The notes under the pieces: generated by a model
Seen by the model: only the letters and a program-made list of their open reading frames with translations
Database searches by the model: none
Told to the model about the DNA's origin: nothing
Shown here: positions 1 to 12,490 of the stretch, one piece after another
How positions within the stretch are numbered: position 1 is the stretch's first letter
Layout of the letters: the number at the start of each line of letters is the position of its first letter
Translations under genes and position numbers: made by a program
Origin: Moniliella sp. 'wahieum'
Taxonomy: Eukaryota
Reading direction: 5' to 3'
DNA length: 64,000 bases
NCBI GenBank assembly: GCA_003971905.1
Contig: RSEE01000038.1
Span: 186,001-250,000 of the forward strand

Positions 1-858
1 TATATGGCGCGTATACCGATGTGGATGCCAATACAGGGGAGTGCTGGCCAGAGGGGGGCAGACGGGGGACGCTGACTGTAACGAACGTTGAGCGACACAC
101 CTTCGCTCAGCGGCTCAGCTCAGCACAGCCTGAATATGGGAGGCAGTGTAGAATACCGACCAGCGCTTGAGCTAGACGCTAGAACGCAGCACCTACTGTA
201 GCCACGCCCCACCCCGAAGGGCCACAGGGGCAGTGTGCTGGCGCAGGCGGGGGTAGGGTTTGGCTCGGTTCAACTTGAACGTTCAATGTTCACGCGTGCA
301 CGCGTTCACGCGTACGCGTGGGCTCAGGCTCAGCAGCCAGCCGGCGTGCCTAGTGCCAGCGCAGTGGATCTGGGTCTGGTCTGGGGCAGCGGCGCAGTGC
401 ATTGACCCTGTGCTCTCTGTACGCGCCACGCGTGTTCGTACGCCGCCCGACGGGCGTCTGGGGACGCGGCCACGAGGGCTGGCGGCAGGGGCGACAGGAG
501 GGGGCGTCGGCGGGTTGGAGGAGCGGGCGGCCTGGAGCTCTGCGGTCCCAGGCGCCAAGGGAAGCTGGAGGCTGCAGGCGGGAGGAGGTGCCAGGCAGGC
601 ACAGGCACAGGGGCAGTGCGCAGCCTGCAGGCGGGAGGCGGCAGGCGGAAGGGCTGCTCGTGTCTTGGAGGCGGGATCTAAGACCTGCGGGTCGGCCGCT
701 GTGCTTTCTCTTTCTTTCTCCTGGGCGCCTGCGGGCTCTGGCCGGTGATGCAGATGCATGGATGCACCCGGCCTGCGTCCTGCCCCCCCGCGGCCGATCT
801 GCCGTGGCAGAGCCTAACCAGCTGCCCAGCCGCCCCAGCCCGCCTCGTTTGTTCTTGC

Positions 859-885
859 CACCACCACCACCACCACCACCACCAC
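859..885 (+). repeat. (CAC)n trinucleotide microsatellite
   Basis: caccaccaccaccaccaccaccaccac seen directly. Confidence 0.85.
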
Positions 886-909
886 TACCCGCGCTCCCCG
901 CCCCCCGCC

Positions 910-3900
910 ATGGCGCGACGCAACCCCCCCGCACACGCTCCGCCTCCCACACCTACCGCCCCACCACGGAGCCCGACCCACCCGACCCCCACCCCGTCTC
1001 CTCCCGACCCGTGCTGCCACCCGCACCTCCGCCCATCTCCTCCACCCGCCAACAACCCTCGGCCCCCGCCTCCGCCTCCGGCCCATCCACACGCGCGTCC
1101 GCCTCAGAGACCGCGTCTGCATCTGCCTCGGGGTCCACATCCGTCCCCCCTTCCCCCCGGAACGCGAAGCGTCGCCGGACGACTCGGATTCCGCTTCCAA
1201 TTCCGGTGCCGACACCGAGGCTGGGCCCCTCATTCTCCCCCCCCGCGACGCGAAGCGGATGCAGCAGCGCAAGGCTCGTCTCGCCGACTCGGTCAAACGG
1301 TTCGCTACCTGCTCGGGCAGACGACTGTTCCAGCACTTTATCGACATGAAAAAGTCCAAGGATCCTGCTTTTGCCGCTTTGCTTGAAAATGTCGCGTCAA
1401 CCCGCGGTGGTGGCGCACGCAAGTCGGCCCGCGGCGGACGTCGTCGGAGTGGCGTGGATGACGACGAAGGGTTGTTCGAGCAGGACGAAGATGACGCGTT
1501 TGTTTTTGAGCAGTCGCCTGGGTATGTGAAAGGAGGTCAGCTGCGCGCGTACCAGATTGACGGGTTGAATTGGATGATGTGAGTCCCTGTTCAGTTGCTT
1601 TTTTTTCCTCTTGAGAGATGACCTGCTAACCATGAAGCATTGTGCAGCTCGCTCTACCACCACGGCATCAATGGCATTCTCGCTGACGAGATGGGGTTGG
1701 GCAAGACGCTGCAAACGATCTCCTTTCTCGGTTACCTCAAGTACGTGTGCAACAAACCAGGCTTCCATCTCGTGGTCGTGCCCAAGTCAACGCTGAACAA
1801 CTGGCGACGCGAGTTTGACAAGTGGGTTCCCGGTTTCCAAACTGTCGTTCTCCAAGGGGACAAGGAAGAGCGACGGCAGATTTTGCGGGAGCGGGTACTG
1901 GCCGAAAAGTTTGATGTCCTGATTACGACGTATGAGATGTGCCTTAAGGAGAAGGGTTCGCTCCTGCGCCTGTCGTGGGAGTACATTGTGATTGACGAGG
2001 CACATCGGATCAAGAATGCCAACAGTATGCTGTCCCAAATTGTGCGCGCGTTTGATTCGCACGGCCGTCTGCTCATTACTGGCACACCGCTGCAGAACAA
2101 CTTGATGGAACTTTGGGCGCTGCTCAACTTCCTTCTTCCTGATGTTTTCAGCGATGCTTCCGATTTCGAAAATTGGTTCGCGGGCAAGACGGCGGAAAAG
2201 GAAGGAGAGGGAGGGGCAGAGGCCAAGGCCGAAGAGCAAGATGCCATCGTCAAGCAACTCCACAAGGTTTTGCGTCCTTTTCTCCTTCGCCGTGTCAAGG
2301 CCGACGTGGAGAAAAGTCTGTTGCCCAAGAAGGAGATCAACTTGTTTATTGGCCTGACCGAGATGCAGCGGACGTGGTACAAGGCGTTGTTGAAAAAGGA
2401 TGTGGATGCCGTGACGGGTCTCAATGCCCGCAAAGAAGGCAAGTCGCGCCTGCAAAACATTGTGATGCAGCTGCGCAAGTGCTGCAATCACCCCTACCTC
2501 TTTGAAGGTGCCGAGCCCGAGGGGATGGAAGACGAGCAACATTTGATCGACAATGCAGGCAAGATGGTAATCCTGGACAAACTGTTGGCTCGAATGAAGG
2601 AAAAAGGGTCTCGGGTCCTCATCTTTTCCCAAATGGGCAGGATGCTTGATACTGTCGGATTACTGTGCCTTTCGTGAGTACGAGTACTCCCGCATCGATG
2701 GTAGTACCGCGCACGAGGAGCGGGTGGCAGCGATTGATGAGTTCAACGCACCCGACAGCAACAAATTCATCTTCCTTCTCACCACCCGTGCTGGCGGCCT
2801 GGGCATCAACCTCACCACGGCCGATGTGGTGGTGCTGTATGACTCGGACTGGAACCCACAAGCGGACTTGCAGGCTATGGACCGTGCCCACCGCATTGGC
2901 CAGACCAAGCAAGTGTATGTTTTCCGCTTTGTCACTGAGCACACGGTCGAAGAGCGTGTGCTGGAGCGAGCGACGCAGAAGTTGCGTCTGGACCAGCTCG
3001 TCATCCAGCAGGGTCGGCATCAAGAGAAGCAGAAGGCACAGCAGAACAAGGAGGATCTGGTGGATGCGATCAAACATGGAGCAGACAAGATCATCAGTGG
3101 CGAAGGAGGCATGTTGATTGACGAGAACATTGACAATATTATTGCCGATGGCGAGAAGCGCACGGCGGCGCTTCAAGCACGCTACCAAGACGTGGGCATC
3201 GATGTGCTCAACTCGATCCAGAATGGCGAACGGCCCGACTGGACCACTCAGACAGCCGAAGACGAGGCGGATGAGGAAGCACTCAACAAGTTATGGATGG
3301 AACCCACCAAGCGGGAGAGGCGCACCAACTACACCGAGTACTATGGCGCTGGCGACCCAAGTTCCAAACCGAAAGCTGCCACGGTTAAGGTGCCCAAGCC
3401 ACCGAAACAAGTTCAGACGCTCTTCTTCCAGTTCTTCCCCAAGCGCCTCCTTGAACTTCAGAAGAGGGAGGTTGCTGCGTTTCAGCGCAGCTTGGGGTTC
3501 CGTGTACCACGCCAGGAGGCCGCCGAGGGCCAGACGGCCGAGGAGGTGGAGGCGGAACGAATGCGCAAGCAGGCGTTCATCGACTCGGCCGAAGAACTGA
3601 CGGAGGAAGAGTTGCGGGAAAAGGAGCAGTTGGCCACTCAAGGGTTCGTTACTTGGCAAAAGAGTGACTTTTGGAACTTTGTTCGGGCGAGTGAGAAGTA
3701 CGGTACGGCGGCGCATGCGACCATCGCCGAGGAACTTTCGTCGGGCCATCGTCATAAGCGGACGGAGGAGGAGGTTCGTCGCTACAGCGAGGAGTTTTGG
3801 TCTCGCGGCCCAGACGAAGTACCGGACTGGGATAAAATCGCTGGGCATCAAGGAGGGCGAGGCGAAAGTGCTCAAGGCAATTGAAGATGAACGTCTACTT

Positions 3901-4320
3901 CGAGCAAAGATGAAGCAGTACAGCGATCCGCTGCGGCAGATCAAGTTGACCTATGGATCCAACAAGGGCCAGAGGTACGCGCCCGATCAAGACAGGTGGC
4001 TTCTCCTTCAATTGGCCGAGCATGGACTGCAAGATGCCGAGGTGTTTGAAAGGATTCACCAAGAGATCCGCATCACTCCTCTCCTCCGCTTTGACTTTTG
4101 GATGAAGTCGCGCACAGTGCAGGAGATCACAAGGCGATGCCACAAGCTGATCCCTATTTTCCTCAAGGGGGAGCCAGGGTATGTCGATGGCGCAGCAACC
4201 CGTAAAGGTACCAGGGAAAGAGGAGCTGGGGCCGACGCCGAGGCGGAGGCTGAAGCAGACGAATCGGCCGAAGAGGCGGAAGCAACCGCTCTTCCGAGCA
4301 AAAAGCCCAAGCTCTCCTAA
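910..4320 (+). CDS. ISW2: ISWI-family SNF2 chromatin-remodeling ATPase (ISW1/ISW2-like); intron ~1579-1648; apparent frameshifts near 1300, 2645 and 3845; start approximate
   Basis: SNF2 motifs [65 protein letters not shown] motif ([11 protein letters not shown]) and [12 protein letters not shown]-terminal SANT/SLIDE-like region ([29 protein letters not shown]). Confidence 0.92.
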
Positions 4321-4926
4321 TTCGGTACTACTGCCCACCCTTCCCTTTGTTGTTTCACTATACTAGCAGTATATCATGTCTGGTACCTTCACGTGTACAC
4401 TCTGTGCCATAGCGAACATAGTACAAGTGAAGATATCGTCGAAGAATCGGCCTGTCGGATCCTGTTAAACAAGGGAACTAGTCGATCACTAAATGCAGAG
4501 TCCACCTATATTTCGTCGTGTGGTCTCGGTTTCCAGTGTACTTTTAGCAACCGTTTTGGGGCCAAAAAACAAAGTCATTGTCGACCGGGAAAAGAGATAG
4601 AGGGTAATAGGGAACAGCAGCAGGGATAGTATAGCGTCCACGATGATTAATGGATGGCGCGGTTTTTGTCAAGCTTGGGATTCAGTTCAAACAAGAATCC
4701 AGTTGTTGCACCTCTCTTTCTATTTGTACACTGCAGGAAAGAAAAGGTGTAGAAAAACAGAGAGCAGGCATTTGGTGGTGTATTGCTTTTGCACATGAGC
4801 CGCAGCAGAGGCTCGAGAATATTCTTTTGTCCGCCAAAACGGAATATTGGAAGGAATGAGGCGGATGGACCCGGGCTTGAGCTACCGGCGCTACTACACC
4901 AGCGTGGCACTGCAAAAGGAAACGAA

Positions 4927-5850
4927 CTAAGGTGCCGTTTTGGACACCTTCATATCGTGGATGAGACCAGTGGAGATGTTATAGTACCACCTGTTAGCAC
5001 GAAAAAGGTATTCGTCAGTTACCCTCATCCCCCCGTCCCACAGGTCTATAAGAAGTAGCAAGACGCACCCGTGGATGGTAACCTTGTCCATCACCTTACC
5101 CGTCAAAGGCGACGGAGTAGAGTTCCAATTCCCCTGAATGATGTCGGTCTGGATGAGGTTGTTAATCTGTTGCTTGACGTTGGCCTTCATCACGATGTTG
5201 GACAATTCGGCGGTGTCGTCGTAGGATGGCGGGAGATGACACCCTTGGCAAGCGAAACGAGAGGAGAGAGGTAATAATCCAACGCAGTGGAGGGACTCCA
5301 CCCTGTCTTGTTGGCATACGTGAGTGCAGTTGCCACGCCGCCGCAAGTCGTGTGGCCCAACACTACAACTGTTGTTCATCATCGACAGTCACCAAAGTCA
5401 TCGAGTCATCTGTGCGTCAGTCTCTTGTTGCCCCATTCGTTGTGGCTCGGTCCCCGACAATAGAAGGGCGATTGCAATCGACGTACCATCCGTCACACCA
5501 ACATCCTGCACCGCATATGCCAGTGCAGAAATGGTGGTATTGTCGCTACCTTGCACCTGGTTGGCCACGTTGCGCGCCACAAAGATTTCACCTGGCACAC
5601 TCTGCGTCATCAGGGCCGGATCGACACGGCTGTCGCCACAGCCAACGAGGAACACCTTGGGCGTCTGCCCTGATTCGTTGCTTTTGATCAAAGCTGGATC
5701 GAGCCGCTGAGCCCAGTGCGTGTTGCGCTTCAGCAACTTGCTCCCTGAGGGCTGATGCGGGGGGTGCTGCGCGCCACAGCTCCAGTGGAATGGGCGGGCT
5801 TGGGCTAGAGCTAGCGTTGCAACAGAGATGAGGAGGAGGGAAGGGCGCAT
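4927..5850 (-). CDS. Beta-class carbonic anhydrase with predicted signal peptide; introns ~5371-5486 and 4991-5068; one apparent frameshift near 5225
   Basis: Zn-binding motifs GCGDSRV (CxDxR), EIFVARNVANQ, VVLGHTTCGG (HxxC) and C-terminal VTIHG|WYYNISTGLI. N-terminus MRPSLLLISVATLALAQA is hydrophobic. Confidence 0.9.
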
Positions 5851-5945
5851 GGCGGATGGGTCAGATAGGAGCCAGGTGAAGTTGTCAATGGCCAACGTCC
5901 AATACGGGGGTTGGGGGTAGGTCAACGGGTGGGGCGGGCGATGCC

Positions 5946-5956
5946 AATTATATATC
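5946..5956 (-). promoter_or_regulatory. Putative TATA box of the carbonic anhydrase gene
   Basis: TATATAA on the minus strand ~100 bp upstream of the ATG at 5850. Confidence 0.5.
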
Positions 5957-6932
5957 TCCCCCTCCCTATGCCAGAAGCATTGGCTAAATACGCAATTGCG
6001 GACAGTGGCCCTGTGCCCTGGGGTGCGCCGCAGTGGGGGAGCAGTGCGGGAGAGCAGTGCGGCACAGCCGGCACACTCCTAAATTATCTACTGTGTTGTT
6101 CCTTGAAGCTAGCTTGACGTATACATCTGAAGCCCCTGAGGACCATCGTCGGATGTGTGGGTAACTTACAGAAGTTCTTGGCGTGTGGCTTTAGATTGAG
6201 AGCGATACTAGTTGCCCAACCAGCAAAACGAATTGGACGGGCTGATGCGCTGATGCGTCGATGCAGTTGATGTGGTCAATGACCAGAATGACCGACCCTG
6301 TACACGATGTTTCGCTGTGGGGGTGTGGAGAGGCTGCATTTACTGGCATCCGGCGCGCTACTAGATCTGCATTCCCTTTTTTCCCGCAACTCCCAATATT
6401 AAGCCGATGCGCAGCCTTCCGTTCGTTCACCTTACCGGTTACCGGTTTCACCCGTCCCATCGTCCGTCCCCACATCAGCCACAGAACAAAACACTCCACC
6501 GGATAAGAACTAAGTACAGTGAAAAAATGCAGGTGTACCAGAGTGTACCTGGCTCGAGAAGTGGAATATTTATGCCATCGATATATTCAACAGAGGGTGA
6601 ACGCGAACGTTTAACGACGTTGACGCGCGCGCGCGTAAACGTCAAGAGGACCTGCGGTTCGCCATCAAGCATGACGCACGTGCACGACGGCAGTGCCCGA
6701 GGCCTTTGTGAACAAGGGTCCCCCCGAAGGAACGAGTGATCGAGGACCCGACACGGCGACCTGATGATGTATGATGCCCGGGACATGTGGCGACCGCAGC
6801 CGCGAGTAAGGCGCCTGTGGCTTGACCTTCATAATATTGATACAGAGCCGAGGAGGAAGCAAGTTACAAGCACGAAGGAGCGAGGTTGGGTAACGATGTT
6901 GAGGAGATGTGAGAATGAGATGATCGGATGGA

Positions 6933-7494
6933 TCAGTTGGTGGTTGCATCGTACCGTGCTTTGGATTGGGCAAAGAGCATCTCTTGGTGTTGCAGCAGTT
7001 CCTCGGGTGACATGCCTGTGTCTTTCATTTTGCGAGACTTGGAATCACGCTTTTTGGCCATCGCTTGGTGACTCTGCAGTGCCTCTTGGACCGCAGGGGT
7101 GAACTGATCAAACCCCAGATCATTCAGGGCTTGGAGAACATGATCTGGGGAAATGGTTTTACGGGATTCGCGCTCGCAGATCTCGTTCGACTCGCTCGAG
7201 AGGAGGTGAATAAACTCAACGCAACACTCGATCAACAGATCGCGGGTGTCGCGTGCGTAAGACAGCTCGGGCGGGAGATATCCTGGATCGAGTACCGCAA
7301 CCCACAAACGCGGGAAGCAGACGTGGGGTTAGTGCTTGGGACACAGTAGAGCACATGTATGGCAAAAGACGGGCCCAGGAGAGGGAAGAACAATACGTAC
7401 CTTGGATGATCTTCTGCACCGTTGCCTTGGGCAGCGACAGCTCGTCCTCCCCTGCGCCGGCCGCAGCAAAGGCCTCGTCGTCCGACGCTGACAT
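6933..7494 (-). CDS. NCB2: Negative cofactor 2 beta subunit (Dr1/NCB2), histone fold; one intron ~7283-7400
   Basis: ELSLPKATVQKII|...RDLLIECCVEFIHLLSSESNEICERESRKTISPDHVLQALNDLGF and SPEELLQHQEMLFAQSK. Confidence 0.93.
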
Positions 7495-9084
7495 GCTACC
7501 GGGAGGGAGGGAGAGGATGTGGGCGAGGACTCAGACTGAGGGCGGATGTGGATGTGGATGCGGGTGTGGAGGCTGGGGTAAACTAGCCAGGCAAGCAGGT
7601 CTGAACGTTTCAAGGGGGAGGCGCGAGAGGGGATCGCTGGGCCGGCGCGGCGGGGGGGGGGGCTATATACCAGCGGACGCGCATAGCAGGCCGCAGCCGC
7701 TGCAGCTGGCACATGCGCCGGCACACTGCCCCCGCGCTGCCGCGTGGCTGGCCAGCGCAATGCCGCTGCGCTCCACCCCGCCCCCCGCCCAGCACAGCGC
7801 CAGTGCCGCGTACCGATGATGCAACGCCAGACAATGGAATCACTAATCAGAATCCGTGGTCACCGATCGCAATCATCCATCAACTCAGCCTGGCTCCGCT
7901 CCAGCGCTCATGCACGCGTGGTATCACGCTTCACAGCTTCTCACCTCGAGCTTCCGCTTCGGCGTCACGCGCCAAGCCTGAGCCTCAGGCTGAGCAATGC
8001 CTCAACTCTCCAGCCCTCAGGGCCTGAGCCTCAGGCCTGGAGCTCCAGGCGCCGGCTGGCCGGTGCTGGCCGACACACTTCCCCCCTACCCCTTGGGCCA
8101 GGGGCACAAGGCCAGCCATAGCCGGAATGCACTCACAGCGGAATCACTGTTCAGCCCCTGCCAATCACGGCAGATCGGTGCAAACGGATGCGCCCAATCT
8201 GGCCTCCACATCGCTCGCCATTTTCTTTTTCTTCGGCCTGGTCCTTCGCAAACCAGCTTAGCTCTTTTCCACCACGGTCTTGACCCGGGCGTGTTCTGCA
8301 CGCTGTCCAGCTCCACACCAAGGGGGCCTGGGCTGAAGGCTTGCGCCTTGTTGCGCATTAGCCAGGACCAAGAGCAAGCCCACCCGGTCTGGACTTGCTT
8401 GCAGGCAACCTGGACTTGGGCAACCCCAATTTAAGCCGGCCGTTCGCCCAGTGCTTGGCCTGCCCTTGGGCGGCCGAGACGTGGCGTTTGGTGACTTTGG
8501 GTTTGTTGGACACTTTTATTCTCTCTCTATGCATTTCTGGTTTCTACTTACATGCCCGCAAGGGTTGCTCAAACGGGCTGCGGACAGGATTGGGAACAGT
8601 GCAAGACGGCGGATGCGAAAGTGACCCCACCATCATGTCAAGCTTTGGATCGGGGCATTCGCTCCTTAATGGTCCTATGGCTGTTACGATCGTGGAAGAG
8701 GAACGGCGTGGGTCAGCGGACTTCTTTGTTGCCTCTCCTATTTGGGGGAGGCGGCCCGCTCTGATGACCCTATCCCGCCGGTAAGGGCGCAGAGATGGGA
8801 AGCCCCGCTCCCCGCGTCGGACTTGTGGTATGAGTTGATCCATGCCCAACCCAGGGCTGGGTCGTAGTTCTGCGAGGAACAATTTTATTCTCATTTGATC
8901 GTCCCTTATGTTTGGCTTCACAGGCCATGCGTAGTTAACGTTTAACGTTTAACAGCTACTGCACTTACATCGATGCAGCTCCGTGTCATGGATGTCTCCC
9001 TATATAGATCCAGAGGTCAAGCGCCTGAGCCAAGCCCTGAGCCAGCCTGTCTTGGTCCCCCGGGACGGTTATGTGTTTAGCCAG

Positions 9085-9220
9085 CGACCTTCTGACGGCC
9101 TCGACTATCGCTACCTCGGCCCCTTTCCTATTGTCTGCGCCGTGGACCGCGCCGCGTACCTGGTCCTCCTTCCCGACTACCTACCTACCCCTCCATGACG
9201 TGTTTCATGTGTCCCGCTTG
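9085..9220 (+). mobile_element. Degenerate Ty3/gypsy integrase C-terminal (GPY/F) fragment
   Basis: RPSDGLDYRYLGPFPIV...AAYLVLLP...LHDVFHVSRL (one frameshift), matching the GPY/F module of Ty3/gypsy integrases; no flanking pol or LTR seen. Confidence 0.75.
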
Positions 9221-10691
9221 CCTAAGCGCCTGGGCGACGCCTAGTGACAAGGGCCACCCTATTGCATGTTGCGCAAGTATTACGTCACGTGACGCATGAG
9301 GTTATCGTTACCGCGTTACTGGTTACCGGTTACCGGTTCCGTTATAGGCGTTACGCGTTACGGCTCACCCTTTGCGTTACTTTCCCGGTAAATCATTCTC
9401 AGGCCTCCGGCCAGCATCAGCCGGTCGCGGGGCCGGTTGGTGACCGGCGGGGTTAGGCTGGGGCGCGCTGAGCTCAGCCGCTGAGGCGCTGAGGCCTCAG
9501 ACTGAGGGTGATGGCCTCCTATTTTCTCCCTCTCTCGCATTCTAGCATGCCGTAGAGGTTTTTGTGGAAGAGCTAATGGTTTTTGTTCTTCCGACTGTAT
9601 GTGGAACTATCGAGCCTCGTGGGTGGACCAACCGTCGCTCCAGTGCCCCAGTGCGGGGCGGGAGCGGGGCAACAACCAGCGGAGCGGGATGGAGCGGGGA
9701 GACAGGAGCGAAGCACTACTGGGTGGCGGGAGGGGATGCTTTCAGTTGGATATAAGCCCGTCTTCTTCAAGCTTCAAGCTCTTTAAGCTTTAGCCCTCCA
9801 AGCCTCAAATATCAAGCTTCACGCTTCAGCGCTCCGCGGCTCAACCTTCACGCTTCATTCAGCTTCAACCAGCGCTCAGCAACGTCAGGTGTCAGAGATA
9901 ATCGAGATGAGATCGATAAGCGAAGATAATCTGGGTGCTGGTGCTGGGCAGTGTGGGGTGGAAGATGGCTTGCATTCGCATGGCTTGACATGAGGACAGG
10001 GGAACTCCCATCACAGCACGCGGGGGGGCAGCTTGGCAGCGTGGAGGGCAGGCGGGCCAGTGCGTATGCGGGCCACTAGCCACGACTGTCCTCCCGACGG
10101 CCCCCAGCCCGTCCAGCCACGCTCGGAGCAAAAAGCGAAGACTACATTCCGTATCAGCAACTGCAGCAACAGCCGCTCACACAGTGTATGGGTGCACGCA
10201 GCCCAACTGGAACACTATATTTCCTGCCGTCGTCATCGAATCCATCGAGCCCATCCAGGTCGCTAACCAACCACCTAGGTGCATTACTGCCTCTCCAATT
10301 GATTCTGTAACCACACCTCATCGCTTCTTGATCTTCTCTTCTTCTGTCCTTTTCCCTTTCCTTTCCTGCCCCGGCCTATTCTCTCCTCATCCCCATCTTC
10401 CGCCACCAACAGTAAGTGTTTCCTGTTATCCACCGAGATACTGTACAGAAAACCCCGTTTGGCCCTCTTACTAGCGTCACACATCAAAGCCAATTCAGCC
10501 ATCAATCCTCTGTGCACCACCCTCCCCGCGCTTCCCATCCGTCCCCATTTTCTTCCCACGCTACCCAGCCTCTCAGGCCCACAGGCTTTAGTATTGCCGT
10601 TGGTGCCGGGCCGGATCCTTTTCTTCCACGTTGCCACCCCCCACCCCCGTTGTCTTTCGACACTCCCACTGCATCCATCATATATGCCAGC

Positions 10692-11911
10692 ATGTCCAAC
10701 CGTACGTCTTCCCCTCCCCCCCCTCCCTGCGCCCCACTGCCACTGCTGTCCTCCCGCACCCCGCCCAATGGCTGCTGCATGAATAGTAACGGAATCCCGT
10801 CCGCAGACATCGCCCACCCAGGCTCTGATCCCTCTCCTTATCCCCTCTTCTTTGGTCCACGCTTCCAAGAAAACGCAGCGTCCGAGGCTAATCGGGCAGA
10901 GCTAGGTGCTGAGCCTGAGGTTGCCTCCGCCGACGAAACCCATAAAGGTGGCTTGCCTACTGAGGCCTTGCCACTCGCGCCATGCGTTCCGCAGCACCGT
11001 ACGCTTCCAGCACCGGCCTCCTGCCTCAAGAAGGACGGCGTTACAGGACAAGGTAGCAACATTGTTCTTAGTCACACGGCCCAAGTGGGCTACCCACTCG
11101 TCCCACCCCCTTTTCATTACTACCCCAACCAATCGAACGCAGTAGTGCGCCGGCGTCCCCGCAGCGTCAGTTTCCACTCAGGCTCGACCACGCAAGTATT
11201 CACCCATTCCTCTGACGCATACGATCGTACTCCCCTCCAATCCACTCAGGGGCGTGGCTCGTCGCTCGACCTCAGCATGCGCAGGTGCCGCTCACTCCGC
11301 GGTGACGAGGAGGATATGGAAAATGTTGATAGATTCCATTGTCCTCTGGTCATTCGAGTTGCGAAGGCCAGCGCTCATTCAGACTACTTTGGTGCATCTT
11401 GGTCCACGCGCCTCCAAGCAGGACAGGTGATTAGCTTTGACACCTCCACACGTCTCCGCCCTATCTCTTTCCCACAGGGGGGCCACAGTTGGGACCCTGA
11501 GGCTTTCTCTCGCCGAGGACGAGGTGCCCACCAGATTGCACCTCCCTGTTATCCGCTCGGTGGGAACCCTCTCTACGCCTACACTGGAAGGATCCAAGTC
11601 ACCTCCCCTGGAAGAAGACGATCTTACCCCAGTTTCCTCGCCCTCGGCCCAATCGAGCCTGTTTGGTAGCTACTTTACCTCCTCTTGCCTCTCCTCCCCG
11701 TCCTACCTTGGAAAGGGATGAGGAGCTACACAGCATCGTCACCCTGGCTCCTCTCTCCACTGAATCTGTATCTTCCACCATATCCTCCATCTCCTCCAAC
11801 TCCTCCAGCACACCCAACAGCACCTGCCACTCCTCCTGTCGCTCTTGTGATACTTCCTCCTTCTCCACCAGCCCGAGCGCTACCGAGCCACACCATTCTC
11901 TCCTCCCCTAA
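10692..11911 (+). CDS. Low-complexity protein with candidate PP1/Glc7 docking motifs; boundaries uncertain; frameshifted
   Basis: Long Pro/Ser-rich ORF containing SCLKK, RSVSF and QVFTHSSDAYDRTP. Confidence 0.5.
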
Positions 11912-12490
11912 TAGCTGGATCGAGCGGCCCACCGCTCTCGCACCCCCCTTGCGCATCTACCCCGTCCAATACCACCCCCCCTCATCCCCCTTCATCTCCC
12001 ACTCTCTCCCTCCCCTCAGTACCCTCAGTGCCAAAGCGCACCAAACGATCCAAACGCCGTACTGCTGCCCCAGCCCCCCTCATAGCATGGGGGGATGACG
12101 GAGAGGGCGTCTTGGGGGGCTTCTAAGACCCCAGCACCTACCCTTTTCTCGTCTGTCGTATCTCCCCGTTTTCCTTTTCAATGTCGTTCGCCTCATCCCC
12201 CCCCCCTCCACCTCTTTCCCCGGTCTCGCATAATGCCTCGGGGGTTAACACAATTTCTACCATCCACCCTTCCATTCCATCAAACTAGTCCTTCCATTCC
12301 ACATACTATCCTATTCACACATGCCGTCCTATATTTACTACCTTATCACAAACACACAGGAACTCAAGTGGTGCAGGGATCAACAGTCTTGCCCAATCAT
12401 GAAGGCAGAAAGATATAAAAAAATAAAGGCATCCGAAGGGGGGGGGAAGAAGGGAAAGCGAAGTACGTGCTCATTCATCACGGTGGGGCA

